A stretch of 63,791 nucleotides of DNA, the filler included, from Nemertoderma westbladi (lineage: Eukaryota > Animalia > Xenacoelomorpha): NCBI GenBank assembly GCA_032718475.1. It is 3 parts of 3 records of this genome, joined end to end, with 100 filler letters (N's around TTAATTAATTAA, not from the genome) between each part and the next. Parts side by side here need not be neighbours in the genome. Positions count along the whole stretch, not along the records: positions 1 to 23,725 come from JAUCBJ010004781.1; 2 more parts are not named here. One strand, written 5' to 3'. The translations under genes were made by a program, and so were the position numbers. Below, one piece after another: positions 10,993 through 23,825 of the stretch; the stretch's first letter is position 1; every line of letters starts with the position of its first letter. The notes below the pieces were generated by a model. It did not search any database. It was not told the origin of the DNA and saw nothing but the letters and a program-made list of their open reading frames with translations.

Positions 10993-12494
10993 TCTACTAC
11001 TACTACAGTAGTAACTACTAGGAGCGGCATGTCGCATTGCTACTGCATTTTTAAGAATGCTGTCCGGCTTGTCCACAGAATTCCGCCGCCACAACTCCCT
11101 ATCACCCATGAAATTTGCTAGATCATCCGCATCTTCAAGGCCAGTGTCCTTTAAGATGCGTCTCAAGAAAGTCATGTGCTGTCCAGTGTCCACCATGCTC
11201 ATTCACTCGATGAGGCTGCCAAAGTACAAGATTATGCACTGGCAGGTCCTCACGGCGAAAGCAATGTCCTGCAAAGTGGAGGCGATTTTGTTCTAGTGTC
11301 AAGCTTGGGGGAACCAATGAGACACCTCCAATGTTATATAGTGTGTGGTTGGAGATGTGTGTATTGTACTTGACACAGTGAACCCGGCGTAGCATTCTTG
11401 TGCCATCCAGAGAATTGGTGTCCTCAGCAGTTAGAGCCCAGCATGGACTCCCATAGAGGAGTACTGGAACTATTGCTGCTCTAAATAATCGGACCTTAAG
11501 CTTCCGATGAATTCTATTTGACTTCCAAATCCTGGAAAGCCTATTCAAGGTTGCCCATGCCTTTCCCTTACGTATTCGCAGGTCCTCACCTAATTTCCGG
11601 ATCCATGATCACAGGTAACAGAAGTCATCCACATGCTCAAGCATACCATCCATTGAGCTTATGCTCATCCGGTCAGAGACTTGCTGAGGACTTTCAAAGT
11701 TAACTGTCGAAATTTTGGTATTTTGGAAGTTTAAAAAAAGACCAACACTAGAAGCAGCCTGTTATAATGAGCTAAGATGCCATTGGGCTCCCTCTAGTGA
11801 TTCTGAGAGTAATCCTAAGTCATCAGCAAATACTAGATATTTAGGTACTTGGCAGGAATTCCTCGACCTCTGGAGCCAGTAGGTGGAGTTACCATCACCC
11901 CATGATCATTATGGTGATCTAAGGACATGTATAGAACATAGTTAACCACAATTATGAACAAGAATGGTGCAAGTGTATCTCCCTGGAGGACTCCCCATGA
12001 CACTTTAAATGTTTCTGTGTCACCATCAACAGTAGACACAAATGTTGTCGAACCATCATTTACTGATCTGATTGCTGAAATAATTTCATCAGGAATCCCA
12101 TATAAGGAATCCCACATACGTGAGCGAGAGACTGAATCAAGCCTTGAAGAAGTCAACAAAGATAACAGCCAGATGCCTGTCTTTCTTTTTTGATAACTCT
12201 TCAATTATCCTTCTAAGTGCCAAAATGGGCTACATGCTCCCACGACCCTTACGGAACCCATTCTGATTTCCATGGAGCGTATCTTAATGGGATTCCTGAT
12301 GCGATTTAATAGAATTCTATTGTATAGCTTTGCAGCAATCGAGATCAATGAGATTCCCCGAAAAGAACCATAGAGTGTTAGGTTGCCCTTCTTGGGAACT
12401 GGCACCAACTTATTTGTTATCATTTCTTGTGGGACTCTTGTTGTTCTGTACATGTCTACTATGATGGGATAGATGAGCTTTAAACACTCAGGTA
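10993..12494 (-). mobile_element. RTE-clade non-LTR retrotransposon, 5'-truncated and frameshifted
   Basis: RT fragments VPKKGNL..FRGISLISIAAKLYNRILLNRI, GVLQGDTLAPFLF, FADD (~11820-11831), KVRLFRAAIVPVLLYGS, LHFAGHCFRR; short 3' UTR and (TAG)n tail. Confidence 0.9.
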
Positions 12495-13520
12495 TTTTTG
12501 AAACATATCCTATCTGATGCAGAATTCCATGCTGAATCCAAATATGGAAACCGTTTTCCTTTTTAACTCGTTAACTTGCTTAGTTTTCGAGATATTTAGA
12601 GTAGAAGATACTGGCTCCAATATCGCTATATCGCGATATCGGGAAATACAATGAAGTTAGGGGTTTGTGTTAAATTTCTGCAAAATTCCATGCTTAGTGG
12701 TGCCAATTGGATGTCTACACAAGAAAGAGCACAACATTTTAATTGAGAAGGTATTTCTTTATGATTATTGGACCTACTGCTGAGTTTATAAGACAACTTC
12801 AAGTCTCCAGAACAATGACGGGACTCCATTATGCGACTCTGCGGGCTACATGGAATAGACTTATCGCTCATCGGAGATCTTCAAAATGTATAATCTCTAG
12901 TGGTGGTACGCTTATTCAAAAGCCCTTTTCTCAGAGAAAAAAGATACCAGTTGGTTTGGCAAAATCTTGAAAGCTGCCTGATCCATCATAACTGGAACAA
13001 AATTTGGCAAACATATTTTACCAATGTTATGATGTTGCATCACAATCATTTTAATTTAAATCAAATGGTAACTTTGTTCTTTGAGAAAAAAGCTTTCTAA
13101 GGAGTCTAAAAAGAACATTGTACGACCACTAGAACTGGAGATTATACATTTTGAAAATCTCCGATGACCGATAGTCAATTCCGTGTAATCCCGCATAAAC
13201 CGCAGAGTCGCTTAATCGAGTCCCATCATTGTTCCGGTGACTTGAAGTTGACTTATAAACTGACCAGTACGTCCAATAATCATAAAAAATACCTTCTTAA
13301 TAAAAAGTTTTGTGCTCTTTCTCGTGGAGACATCCAATTGGCACCACTGAGCACAGAAATTTGAAGAAATTGAATGCAAACCCCAAACTTCATCCCATTT
13401 ACTGATATCGCGATATATTGGAGCCAGTATATTTTACCCCAGATAATTCGAAAACTAAGCAAGATATGTGAAAACGGTTTCCATGAAATTCTACATCAGA
13501 TAAAGATATGTTTAAAAAAT
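12495..13520. mobile_element. Foldback/MITE with ~400-bp imperfect inverted arms
   Basis: 12495-12910 is the reverse complement of ~13118-13520 (e.g. GTGGTGCCAATTGGATGTC vs GACATCCAATTGGCACCAC). Confidence 0.85.
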
Positions 13521-14178
13521 TCGACTTTTAGGTCAGAAAATGCGCTTCCCCCCTCCCCCTTAAGACTTTCTAGTTATTTAAATCTAATATTCCAACTATC
13601 CTTTAGTAATGAAAATGTTCATACAGACATCCATACAACATGCAGCATCCATACGCTTTATGGGAACGATAATCAATCAGCAGCTCTCCAGTCTACCGTT
13701 GAGTTAGCTGAAATTAAAACATTTCAGAAAAAATCTGAAAGGTAACCCTTCAGCCATTTCGTAATATTTTTCAAAATATTTTGTAGATGATTGATACCTG
13801 GCACATATATTACATGCCCCAGACTGAGTTTTTGTGAGGTCTAACATCGACTGCAGTTACCCACTCTGCCACTAGTTATAAAGTTATTAGGGGACACATG
13901 CTAATATTTTGATTATAATTTAGAGTTGACAGTTAATATAAATCCATTTCACGTGCTGCGCGAAAGCCCAAATTAGTGTTCCTTTTAATGCATACGTCTC
14001 CGTAAGTCAACCTACCCCACCAATTGCCAACTCTAATTTAACTATTATACCAAATTCTATTACCATTATTGTTTACATATTGCTATACTGGTTTACATAC
14101 TTGGATACTGACGAATTCACTCTCCTCTCACTACCTGCAGAGGTAAATGTTGCATGACTGTACCTACAGTCGACACTC

Positions 14179-15141
14179 TGCCGCCAGTCAATCATTTCAT
14201 ACTTGACCACAGAACCGAACTGATTTTGATTGACATCATAAATTCTATTTTACCGTCCAAAAAATGTCTATAAAAATATATTTTGCGGATCGAATATTTA
14301 TTCATAGAAATTATATTGAAATTTGTATAATAGAAACAAAATATAAGTCACAATAGGGAAGAATAAGTAGCGAATTCGTGGATATTTAAGGTCAAAACTA
14401 TAGTATTGGAGACAGCTGAGTCAAACACTCAAAAAGACTACCAACAGTAAAAAAAAAAAGCTCACTAACAGTCCGTAAACAGTCCCAACTCTGTGATGAT
14501 ATTGTCCTATGCAACATTCTGGTTTGACATGGTTGGTGTCAGTTAACAATTCTACGTTTAAGGAAGGTGTGTGCCCATGTCACTGATGTAATCATATTGA
14601 AAATTAAAAATTATAGAGACCAAAAGTGACCAAAACAAAGTTAATTGACGTATATTACGGCCAACAGGCCTTTATTCAACGTCTAAAGTCAGGTTTATTT
14701 ATTTAAACACCGAACCGACAGACTGACAATTCTTAACAATTCTACTTCACTGGCTTTGCCGCCAGTCAATCATTTCATACTTGACCACAGAACCGAACTG
14801 ATTTTGATTGACATCATAAATTCTATATTACCGTCCAAAAAATGTCTATAAAAATATATTTTGCGGATCGAATATTTATTCATAGAAATTATATTGAAAT
14901 TTGTATAATAGAAACAAAATATAAGTCACAATAGGGAAGAATAAGTAGCGAATTCGTTGATGTTAAGGTCAAAACTATAGTATGGGAGACAGCTGAGTCA
15001 AACACTCAAAAAGACTACCAACAGTAAAAAAAAAGCTCACTAACAGTCCGTAAACAGTCCCAACTCTGTGATGATATTGTCCTATGCAACATTCTGGTTT
15101 GACATGGTTGGTGGCAGTTAACAATTCTACTTCACTGGCTT
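14179..15141. repeat. ~380-bp tandem duplication; first copy carries a ~177-bp insertion
   Basis: TGCCGCCAGTCAATCATTTCATACTTG begins at 14179 and ~14757. The insertion 14556-14732 is flanked by the direct repeat TTAACAATTCTAC. Confidence 0.85.
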
Positions 15142-15431
15142 TGGAAAATATCAACAAACTCACTGAATGGCTGAATGTTTAGTGAGGCTTTGTTTATGGG
15201 TCTTTCATCAAGCACATAGTATATTGCACCATACAGCCATAGTTTCATATGAGGAGAAACAATTTAAACATTCAAATGAATACCTTAGTTAGTATAGGGC
15301 ATCAAAAATAATAAAATATGTAATTAGATCTCCTGAAAAATTTCTAAGTTCTAGAATCTAAGTTTCAATTAGATTTAATTTACAAATGAATTATATTGAT
15401 TGAGGAACGAAAATGGTATTGTCTCATACAC

Positions 15432-17216
15432 TTATGAAAACCTCAGGCTTAATAAGAGTACAGTTTCATAAGTAACAATTTGAAGACTATTAAAAAAGAT
15501 AGCAGAATCAGAAACTAAAGCTGCCAATACCGAGCCTTTCCCTTGACTGGTGCAGTCAGTAGTGTGAGGCCCGACTGGGAGTTCCTTTCCAGCCAATAAC
15601 ATATCGATGATATAAAACAATTCTTTTGGTTTATCAATGGCAGTCATATGACCGGCTCCTTTTATCGTAACCAATAGAATACCATCCCATTTATCTAGGA
15701 AACCAATTAATTGCTTATCATATACTATTGCCTGTTGCTTTCCTGTCTTTGTTCTCCCCAGGTATTGAATGAACTCGTGACACGCTCCTATTGGTACCAC
15801 CATGTCAGTATTGCCACATAAATGGCTAATAAACAATCTCTCTTCAATCAAAGGTTTGTAGAATTCTTTCATAGAAGGCCACTGAGTATTAAAATGGATG
15901 TTAACCCATATATTTCCCTCCACCCATGGTCCTTCTTGGGTGTCTATGTTTAGAGCCTGTCTAACATCTTCCATAGACATATATTTGAACACGTTCTTGC
16001 TGCTGACACATGGCACTACTAAGCGTTGGGCTGGCAAATCAAATAGAATTTCCTCTAAGACTCTATTATCTTGAAAAAAGATACCCTCTATTATTAAAGA
16101 CTTTTCAACAGCTCTAACTATATGATTTCTAACTTCCGCATCCATAATATCATAAATTATTGATTGCAGTTGATTGGGATTTTTATCAAATGAAAATTTT
16201 GTATCCAGTGTATAATTGGTTTCTTTGAATAATTCGAAAACTTTGTCCCGGCTTTTAAAAGCCTCCACATTGTAATTCTTCTCCCATAATATTTGTTGCA
16301 TGAGTAAGTTACTAGCTTCTGGTTCGTCACACGGTTTATTGATGTTGTACGGGTTTATTCCTTGAGTGTTTGATGTGATACAAAGATACGCATTACCACA
16401 CTCCGGCCCTGGGCATAGTCTCTTTGACATATCCCAGACATCTACACCAATCAAGCCATTGTAATAGGCAAAGTTCCCTAAAGCTTCATCACATAATGTA
16501 TAGTCATCAGAAACTGGGTTGCCTAGCAACAACCCATGTATGTTAGATACCCAAGAAGTGGCTGCGGCTGAGAGTCCATCAGTTGCTATGGAGATATTCG
16601 CGTTTACTTGTGTGTCTAGCAGGACATTCAGCAGAACGGGGAGATAATTTCCGGCAAAACTTTCCCCGCTGAAATAAATTTTGTTGCTACGGAAATATGG
16701 GTGTTTCAGGAAGAAACTTCCCAGAGCTTCTGCGTTCAGAGTGGCAACTTGTATGAGCGAGAAGGCTGAGTTATTCTCTTCTCGTAGTGGGTAAGAGAAA
16801 CCAACACCAGGGGGCGCATCAACGTAGAGCATACTTGCGAAACGACTCCATCGGTATTGGTTGATAACTATTTGATATCGGTTGTTGATGTGTTGGACGC
16901 GATAAGGACCGTTGCCATGGAACAGGCTAATCATAGAGCTGAGCCCTGGGCCTCCATTGTACCAGATTATAAGAGGATCCCTGGCGACATTCCCTTCAGA
17001 TTCTACTAGGTAATAATGCAGAAAAGATTGTGTTCCTGGTGTTACTTGGTCAACTGTTGCTAGGTAACCCGAGTAGTTTGGTGACAACAACGCTGGGGCT
17101 CTGGGAAGTTGGTATACTCTGTCATTCTGAGCCTCTGTTGTTATTGCCATGGCTACATAGACTAGTGATATCAATAGCATGGATTTAACAACAAACAAGA
17201 GAAATAGTCTGGCCAT
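15432..17216 (-). CDS. Serine carboxypeptidase, peptidase family S10, copy 2, intronless
   Basis: Paralogue of 6504-8294 with the same GGPGLSS, GESFAG, GNTDMVVP and KGAGHM motifs; signal peptide; hydrophobic tail. Confidence 0.93.
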   Translation of the reverse strand: MARLFLLFVVKSMLLISLVYVAMAITTEAQNDRVYQLPRAPALLSPNYSGYLATVDQVTPGTQSFLHYYLVESEGNVARDPLIIWYNGGPGLSSMISLFHGNGPYRVQHINNRYQIVINQYRWSRFASMLYVDAPPGVGFSYPLREENNSAFSLIQVATLNAEALGSFFLKHPYFRSNKIYFSGESFAGNYLPVLLNVLLDTQVNANISIATDGLSAAATSWVSNIHGLLLGNPVSDDYTLCDEALGNFAYYNGLIGVDVWDMSKRLCPGPECGNAYLCITSNTQGINPYNINKPCDEPEASNLLMQQILWEKNYNVEAFKSRDKVFELFKETNYTLDTKFSFDKNPNQLQSIIYDIMDAEVRNHIVRAVEKSLIIEGIFFQDNRVLEEILFDLPAQRLVVPCVSSKNVFKYMSMEDVRQALNIDTQEGPWVEGNIWVNIHFNTQWPSMKEFYKPLIEERLFISHLCGNTDMVVPIGACHEFIQYLGRTKTGKQQAIVYDKQLIGFLDKWDGILLVTIKGAGHMTAIDKPKELFYIIDMLLAGKELPVGPHTTDCTSQGKGSVLAALVSDSAIFFNSLQIVTYETVLLLSLRFS

Positions 17217-18304
17217 TGCACTTTATATTATAAATATGATAATAACTGTAGTGCCTTCATCACAAATCCCTTCAACATAATTGATCTGCAATTTTCAATC
17301 AAACTATTATTCGTGTTTGTGTTACTTTACATTATAATATTAGTCAAGTTAATTTAATTGTATAAATTATGTTAAATATAATTTGAATGTGAAATATTAT
17401 AGTTGTTTTCATTTCTTGAAGAATCGCTTATAACAAATCTGTTATCTAGTCAGTCCATAGTCAAACTGACGCCACTGCATTATATGGAATCGGCCACCCC
17501 TCCATTTTTGAATGGTTTTTCTTTTTTTATGGTAAGATTCTAGAACATGTTATATCTTAATACAAAATAAAAATGTTCTAGAGCAAATATTTTTATTCTA
17601 GAACAAATATTTTTTTCAATATTTTACTGTTGATAAATATTATATAATATCTCTGGTATTAAAAAAATACCCTAAAGCATGAAATTTTATATAAAAAATG
17701 ACACTAAAAATGAAACTAAAACATATTCAATGAAATGAACATTGAATTGTAGGCCTACATAATATACCATAATATGTTATCTTATACTGTAATATATCAC
17801 AATATATTCAATATGATATTCATCTCACCCCTGTTGACATATATAAAGGGCAAATTTTATATTAATTTTATTTATCAATTATATTAAATAAATTTTATAT
17901 ATATAAAAATATATATATAAAAGGACTTTATAAAGGACTTTAATTTTGTATGTAATATCAGATTTTGTATACAACGTATCGAAACTAACAATGGCGAAAT
18001 GAACATTACGAGTCTGATGTTCGTAATCTTGGCAAGCATACTGTGTTATCATTATACTATCAGGATCATAATTTATGATTGATCAGTGCCAAATTGAAGG
18101 TGTTATTAGATTTAATGTATGTTCATTCATGGAACAATGCAATTAAATATATTCTATTCACCATCATTATGTACCAGAATTATTGACTGAACATGCAAAG
18201 TGCAACAGTGCATGCATGATTGTTACAACAGACAAAAAGAGACAAAAAGAGGCGATAACTAGCGAAAACACAATGAATGTAACTTACATATCAAACTCAG
18301 TATT

Positions 18305-19755
18305 TACCAGTTACTATAGCAACCGCTGTGTCTACCAGTTACTATATCAACCGCTGTGTTAACCAGTACTATAGAAACCGCAGCATCAACCAATTACTTA
18401 TCAACCGCAGTATCAGCCAGTTACTGTAGCAAACACAGTGTCTACCAGTTACTATATAAGCCGTAGTGTCTACCAGTTACTATAGCAACCGCAGTGTCAA
18501 CCAGTTACTATAACAACCGTAGTGTCTACCAGTTACTATATCAACCGCAATGTCTACCAGTTACTATAACAACCGTAGTGTCTACCAGTTACTATATCAA
18601 CCGCAGTGTTAACCAGTTACTATATCAACCGCAGTGTTAACCAGTTACTATAGAAACCGCAGCATCAACCAATTACTTATCAACCGCAGTATCAGCCAGT
18701 TACTGTAGCAAACACAGTGTCTACCAGTTACTATATCAACCGCAGCGTCAACCAGTTACTATATCAACCGCAATGTCTACCAGTTACTATAGCAACCGCA
18801 GTGTCTACCAGTTACTATATCAACCGCAGTGTTAACCAGTTACTATATCAACCGCAGTGTTAACCAGTTACTATAGAAACCGCAGCATCAACCAATTACT
18901 TATCAACCGCAGTATCAGCCAGTTACTGTAGCAAACACAGTGTCTACCAGTTACTATATCAACCGCAGTGTTAACCAGTTACTATATCAACTGCTGTGTT
19001 AACCAGTACTATAGAAACCGCAGCATCAACCAATTACTTATCAACCGCAGTATCAGCCAGTTACTGTAGCAAACACAGTGTCTACCAGTTACTATATCAA
19101 CCGCAGTGTCTACCAGTTACTATAGCAACCGCAGTGTCAACCAGTTACTATATCAACCGCAGTGTCTACCAGTTACTATAGCAACCGCAGTGTCAACCAG
19201 TTACTATATCAACCGCAGTGTTAACCAGTTACTATATCAACCGCAGTGTTAACCAGTTACTATATCAACTGCTGTGTTAACCAGTACTATAGAAACCGCA
19301 GCATCAACCAATTACTTATCAACCGCAGTATCAGCCAGTTACTGTAGCAAACACAGTGTCTACCAGTTACTATATAAGCCGTAGTTTCTACCAGTTACTA
19401 TAGCAACCGCAGTGTCAACCAGTTACTATATCAACCGCAGTGTCAACCAGTTACTATATCAACCGCAATTTCTACCAGTTTATATAGCAACCGCAGTGTC
19501 AACCAGTTACTCTATCAACCGCAGTGTCTACCAGTTACAATATCAACCGCAATGTCAACCAGTTACTATAGCAACCGCAGTGTCAACCAGTTACTATATC
19601 AACCACAGTGTCTACCAGTTACTATAGCAACCGCAGTGTCAACCAGTTACTCTATCAACCGCAGTGTCTACCAGTTACTATATTAACCGCACTGTCTACC
19701 AGTTTATATAGCAACCGCAGTGTCTACCAGTTACTGTAGCAACCGCAGTGTCAAC
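18305..19755. repeat. ~28-bp minisatellite (~50 copies) with a recurring variant block
   Basis: Unit CCAGTTACTATATCAACCGCAGTGTCTA. The variant block GAAACCGCAGCATCAACCAATTACTT...AAACACAGTG recurs five times (~18374, 18653, 18876, 19014, 19292). Confidence 0.95.
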
Positions 19756-19854
19756 GTTTAAGTTTAAGCGAATTTTTAATCCGCTTTAAATGGCTGAAAG
19801 ATCTATCCCCGATTAAAGCACATTAATGACAAATACATACGTAAGGATACTTCA

Positions 19855-20115
19855 ACACGTTTGAGGGGCGTCGCGCAGCATGCGAAGTTGAGCAAGTTTG
19901 AAACAAGTTCGATTTGATCTGGAGTCAAAAGTTCGAGAGGTATTTGCCCGTAACTTTCAAAACTATTGGAACTTTCTCTCTAGTATGCCCATTCAAAATT
20001 TGGTTGAAAATGAATAAAATCTTCAAAAGTTATTTACGAATGAATGAATTTCATTAAAGACAAACAGACAGACAGACGCGCGGAATGAAATTTTGCCCTA
20101 TTTACTAATTATAAT
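19855..20115. mobile_element. DINE-1-like non-autonomous repeat fragment
   Basis: (GACA)n microsatellite at ~20058-20077 plus a CGCGCAGCA motif shared with other dispersed repeats in the window. Confidence 0.35.
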
Positions 20116-20371
20116 CGTGCGCTAAGGCTCCCCCTGAATGCGTGGCACGCCCCACAATGGGAAATGTAGAAGCTATCATGTCCGTTTTGGGGCCCCAGAG
20201 GTAAATCCTTACCTCACGGTTTGTTATTTCTCTGACTGGCAGCGCAACAGCCCCTATACGGCTATAGTAATTAACTGCTCTACTGCTCAGAGTTTAAAAA
20301 CCAATAACTGTAGTTCAATGGTAGTGAATGTAGTAATTTTAATGATGACCCCTCTGTAAAATTACATGTAA

Positions 20372-20568
20372 GGCCGTGTTCACACTACCGAGTCAAAGTC
20401 AAAAGACAAAATGTAAAACACATCACATTTTTTCTAGAATGCCCATATGTATTATATTAGGCCTATGTAAATGTATTATTATTTAGTATTGCTAGCTATG
20501 TAGCTATATTTATGACTCTGACTTTGACTCTGACTTTATGACTTTGCCTCGGTAGTGTGAACGCGGCT
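20372..20568. mobile_element. Tourist/Harbinger-like MITE
   Basis: TIR GGCCG(T/C)GTTCACACTACCGAG, TAA on both flanks; a second copy lies at 30676-30859. Confidence 0.88.
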
Positions 20569-20839
20569 TAAGCCGCGATTTCACAAGTACCCATAGAAAT
20601 CTATTTTCATGGTTCATGCAAAATTTCATTTTTCCGTTTTTGCTTTTTTTTTTACAGTAATCATGTCTAACGAATTGCTAACTAATTATAGCTGAACGAT
20701 GATTGATAAACGAGAAAAGAAAAGATCCAAAGAGTTTTAGGTTGCATCAATTAATCATTTTCATTTCTTGTGGGCTCTCTTTATTATGTACATGTCTATG
20801 ATACTGGGGTTATTGAGCTCCAAACACTCAAGTATAACA

Positions 20840-21095
20840 ACCTTGGCACGATTGGTCTTAAGGCTCTATGCAGCAATCATATTTTACTTCGGCCAACAAT
20901 TGTATATCTGGGAGCACAGATTTCAGAAACTTGATTTTCCACAAAGGTGACAGGAAATCAATAGCCTGTCATTGTTTAGGAGACTTTAAAAGTGGTCCTT
21001 CCAACCTTTGAAGCGACCAGCTGGAGATTCAGCCTTAACCTTGGATGTTGGTCTTCCTAGTCAGCGAGTTAATAGATTTCCATGCCTGGGCTGAC
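20840..21095 (-). mobile_element. Degenerate RTE-like LINE ORF2 linker fragment
   Basis: Minus strand gives AQAWKSINSLTRK and, after a frameshift, GWKDHFxSLLN, resembling the EN-RT linker of RTE elements. Confidence 0.4.
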
Positions 21096-21354
21096 AACAA
21101 ACAAAGAACTACAGGTGGACCTGCAGTGACACTGGTGCAATATAGATTCGACGGACACTGTTCCTGGACACTGAATTAAGTCAATGTATTATTACTTGAT
21201 ATTGTGTATTTAATAATAATATTTGATAGAATAATGCACCGCACCGATGCGCGCTCTAATGCTAATTAACCGTTTACTCCACCAGTAACTTAGTAAACTT
21301 TCACCACAATTACTATATTTCACTTTCACTAGTCTCTATCATTATAATTATTTA

Positions 21355-21521
21355 TCATGCACATCCATATAAGGCATTGATTTGTGCATAGTCTACAGCT
21401 GATGGCGATGTATTCCGCTTTACTGGCTCACCTGTAGCAACTGAGGTAATTGTTGGTAGACCATTAGAACTCCAATGGTATCCAGGATAATGCATTATTG
21501 ATTTGATATCATACGGACTCC
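21355..21521 (-). CDS. Terminal exon of an astacin (M12A) metalloprotease
   Basis: PYDIKSIMHY Met-turn motif, NGLPTIT, and SAVDYAQINALYGC C-terminal motif. Acceptor ...TATATGCAG|GG at 21522/21521; TGA at 21355-21357. Confidence 0.85.
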
Positions 21522-23725
21522 CTGCATATATATGAAAGTTTAAATATCTTAACTTAACTGAACTATAACAATTCAAAATTATTAACAATTTTAAAAATTT
21601 ATATATATATATATTTATATTTATATTTATTTTTTTTATTTATTTATTTTTTATATTTATTTATATTTATATAACTTATATGTTGCTTAGTAAAGATAAG
21701 TTCTCCACACTCCTAAAATAACATCAATATATAATTGTCGATTTTACATGGTTTTATAGTAATTGACTATGACTATTAGGCCAATGCCTATAATGTCCAA
21801 CATATATATAATATATATTTTATATATATTTGTAAGAATTAATAGGGTAGTTCCTGTAGATTGCCTTTAGATAATACTATTTGCCTAGGATCCGATGGTT
21901 TCCAAATCAAGTTATGGTTTCTAATAGCGAAACACAATGGTGTTTACAGAATTCAATAAGATGCTAAAATAGCCGAGATATTTGTGTTTTCAGTTTAAAA
22001 ATTATTCAAAATATGAAAACGATCTGTGATTGGTCGTGACGTCACTATACGCCTCCGAATTTCATTTATATCAACATTCAGATAGTTAATACTATCTTTG
22101 TATAAATTGGGGCAGTTTGTTACTGCAGGGACTGCTATATTAGTACTGTAGTACAGTGCAGCAGTCACCGGTACTAGCACTGCAGCACTGTAGCACTGTA
22201 TACTTGCTTATTTATACGGCGAACGGAGAGTAAACGGGACAACGGCAAGGCACAAGGAAGGGTGAACAGGGGTTCCCGGAACAACGGCAAGGAGGAGCGA
22301 ATACGGCGAATGGGAGTACCTGGAGCCAGGGTGCCGCGAGCCGGAACGCCAATGAGAATGTCCCATTAGGCCTACTACGACGGTACTGACAAAGGAAGAA
22401 AATGATGTACGTATAGGCCTACATAGATATTATGTCCTGGCGGGTTCAGGCAAGAGGAGAATGACATTGTATCTGTATGGGCCGTATCAGATGTGTGTCA
22501 AGGAATCGACCAACGGTTAGTGTTAACGCTCATCATGGGGGTCTGAGAATGAGTGCATGATTCGACAAAATGCTAACAATGATACCGGAACTAGTGGCGA
22601 CGTAGTCGCTTATGTATTGCTGCAAGGGCGCTGTTAGAAACGACTGAAGGTTGAACGATGTTTGGTTGCCTAACAGAGTTGGTTAAACTATCTTACTAGA
22701 AAGCATTCAGCGTAGAGACACGAGATTGCCATTCGGGCTCCACGAGTTATCAGATCCCAACCACTTTCGTTGAGTTGGACTACCCGCATTTGTGAATCGA
22801 TTCCACCGATTGGATTTAGTGCAATTCTACCACTTGCTATACCAGTCGCAATATTTGTTAATGAAATTGTGTGTTCAATGTCTATTGATTGTTGTTTTGT
22901 TGATTATTGATATCTATTGATATTGTTGTATAAAATAAAAAAAACATATGTTGATTTTACGTATTCTTTATTTTATAAATCCTTTTTGCGGCCGTCAGGC
23001 CGTTCTGTCGTATGGTATTTTAATGGATGGGCAACTTTAACTTCTTCTTTCTTTTATCTGTGACGCAATCAAATATAACTTTTTGAATTTTATGACTTTC
23101 TAAATTTGTTGTTACTGTAGTAATTCGTGTAAAGTTCCCCCCCCCCCCCCCCCCTCCCTCCCCCTTGCTTCTAAGTCCTACAGTAGATCTACCACTGATG
23201 ATATGATTTCAGACGTTCGTGGGATTGGGATGGGTCCAAGACGTACTATATGCCAAGTATATAATATGCATTGGATGGGACGGTTGTTTTTAGTGGGATG
23301 TGACTGACTGACGGAAAAATTAAAACAAACAAATTTCCGGACTTTTATATTTTTTACTTTCAACACAAAACACAAACATATAAAAAAAGATTCAAATTAA
23401 AGTAGGATATTAAAAAGTTTCAAACTAACCCATCTGGACTATCTTTCACAACGTAATTGCCCGATGGGGGGGGGGGGGGCATTTTAGAAATTTATCAGAT
23501 CTTGGCTCAAAAATTACATTTTTGATGGTATAAGGTGTTTTCGAGGTCGCTGATCACGATAAAACTTGTTAAAATATTTATCTGAGCAATGGCAACCATC
23601 ATTTTTGGTGCTATGTTGGTCCCCCAGGACGAAAAGTAGCACTGCAAGTAAAAAAATGCCAAACTAAAAATATTTGTGTTTGGTTTGATAATTCTGAACG
23701 TATTCGGGTTTTCGACGGTCGCTGA

Positions 23726-23825
23726 NNNNNNNNNNNNNNNNNNNNNNNNNNNNNNNNNNNNNNNNNNNNTTAATTAATTAANNNNNNNNNNNNNNNNNNN
23801 NNNNNNNNNNNNNNNNNNNNNNNNN
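23726..23825. other. Artificial scaffold gap/linker
   Basis: N-run + TTAATTAATTAA (stops in all six frames) + N-run. Confidence 0.98.

Noticed and set aside
22200-22860. Higher-GC stretch with a DWIxC (PHD-like) hint
   Set aside because: Heavily interrupted by stops; no family assignable by eye. Probably a decayed transposon.
23726-23825. TTAATTAATTAA palindrome as a biological site (also 53739-53838)
   Set aside because: Identical N-flanked 100-bp construct at both places: an assembly linker. Adjacency across it is unverified.
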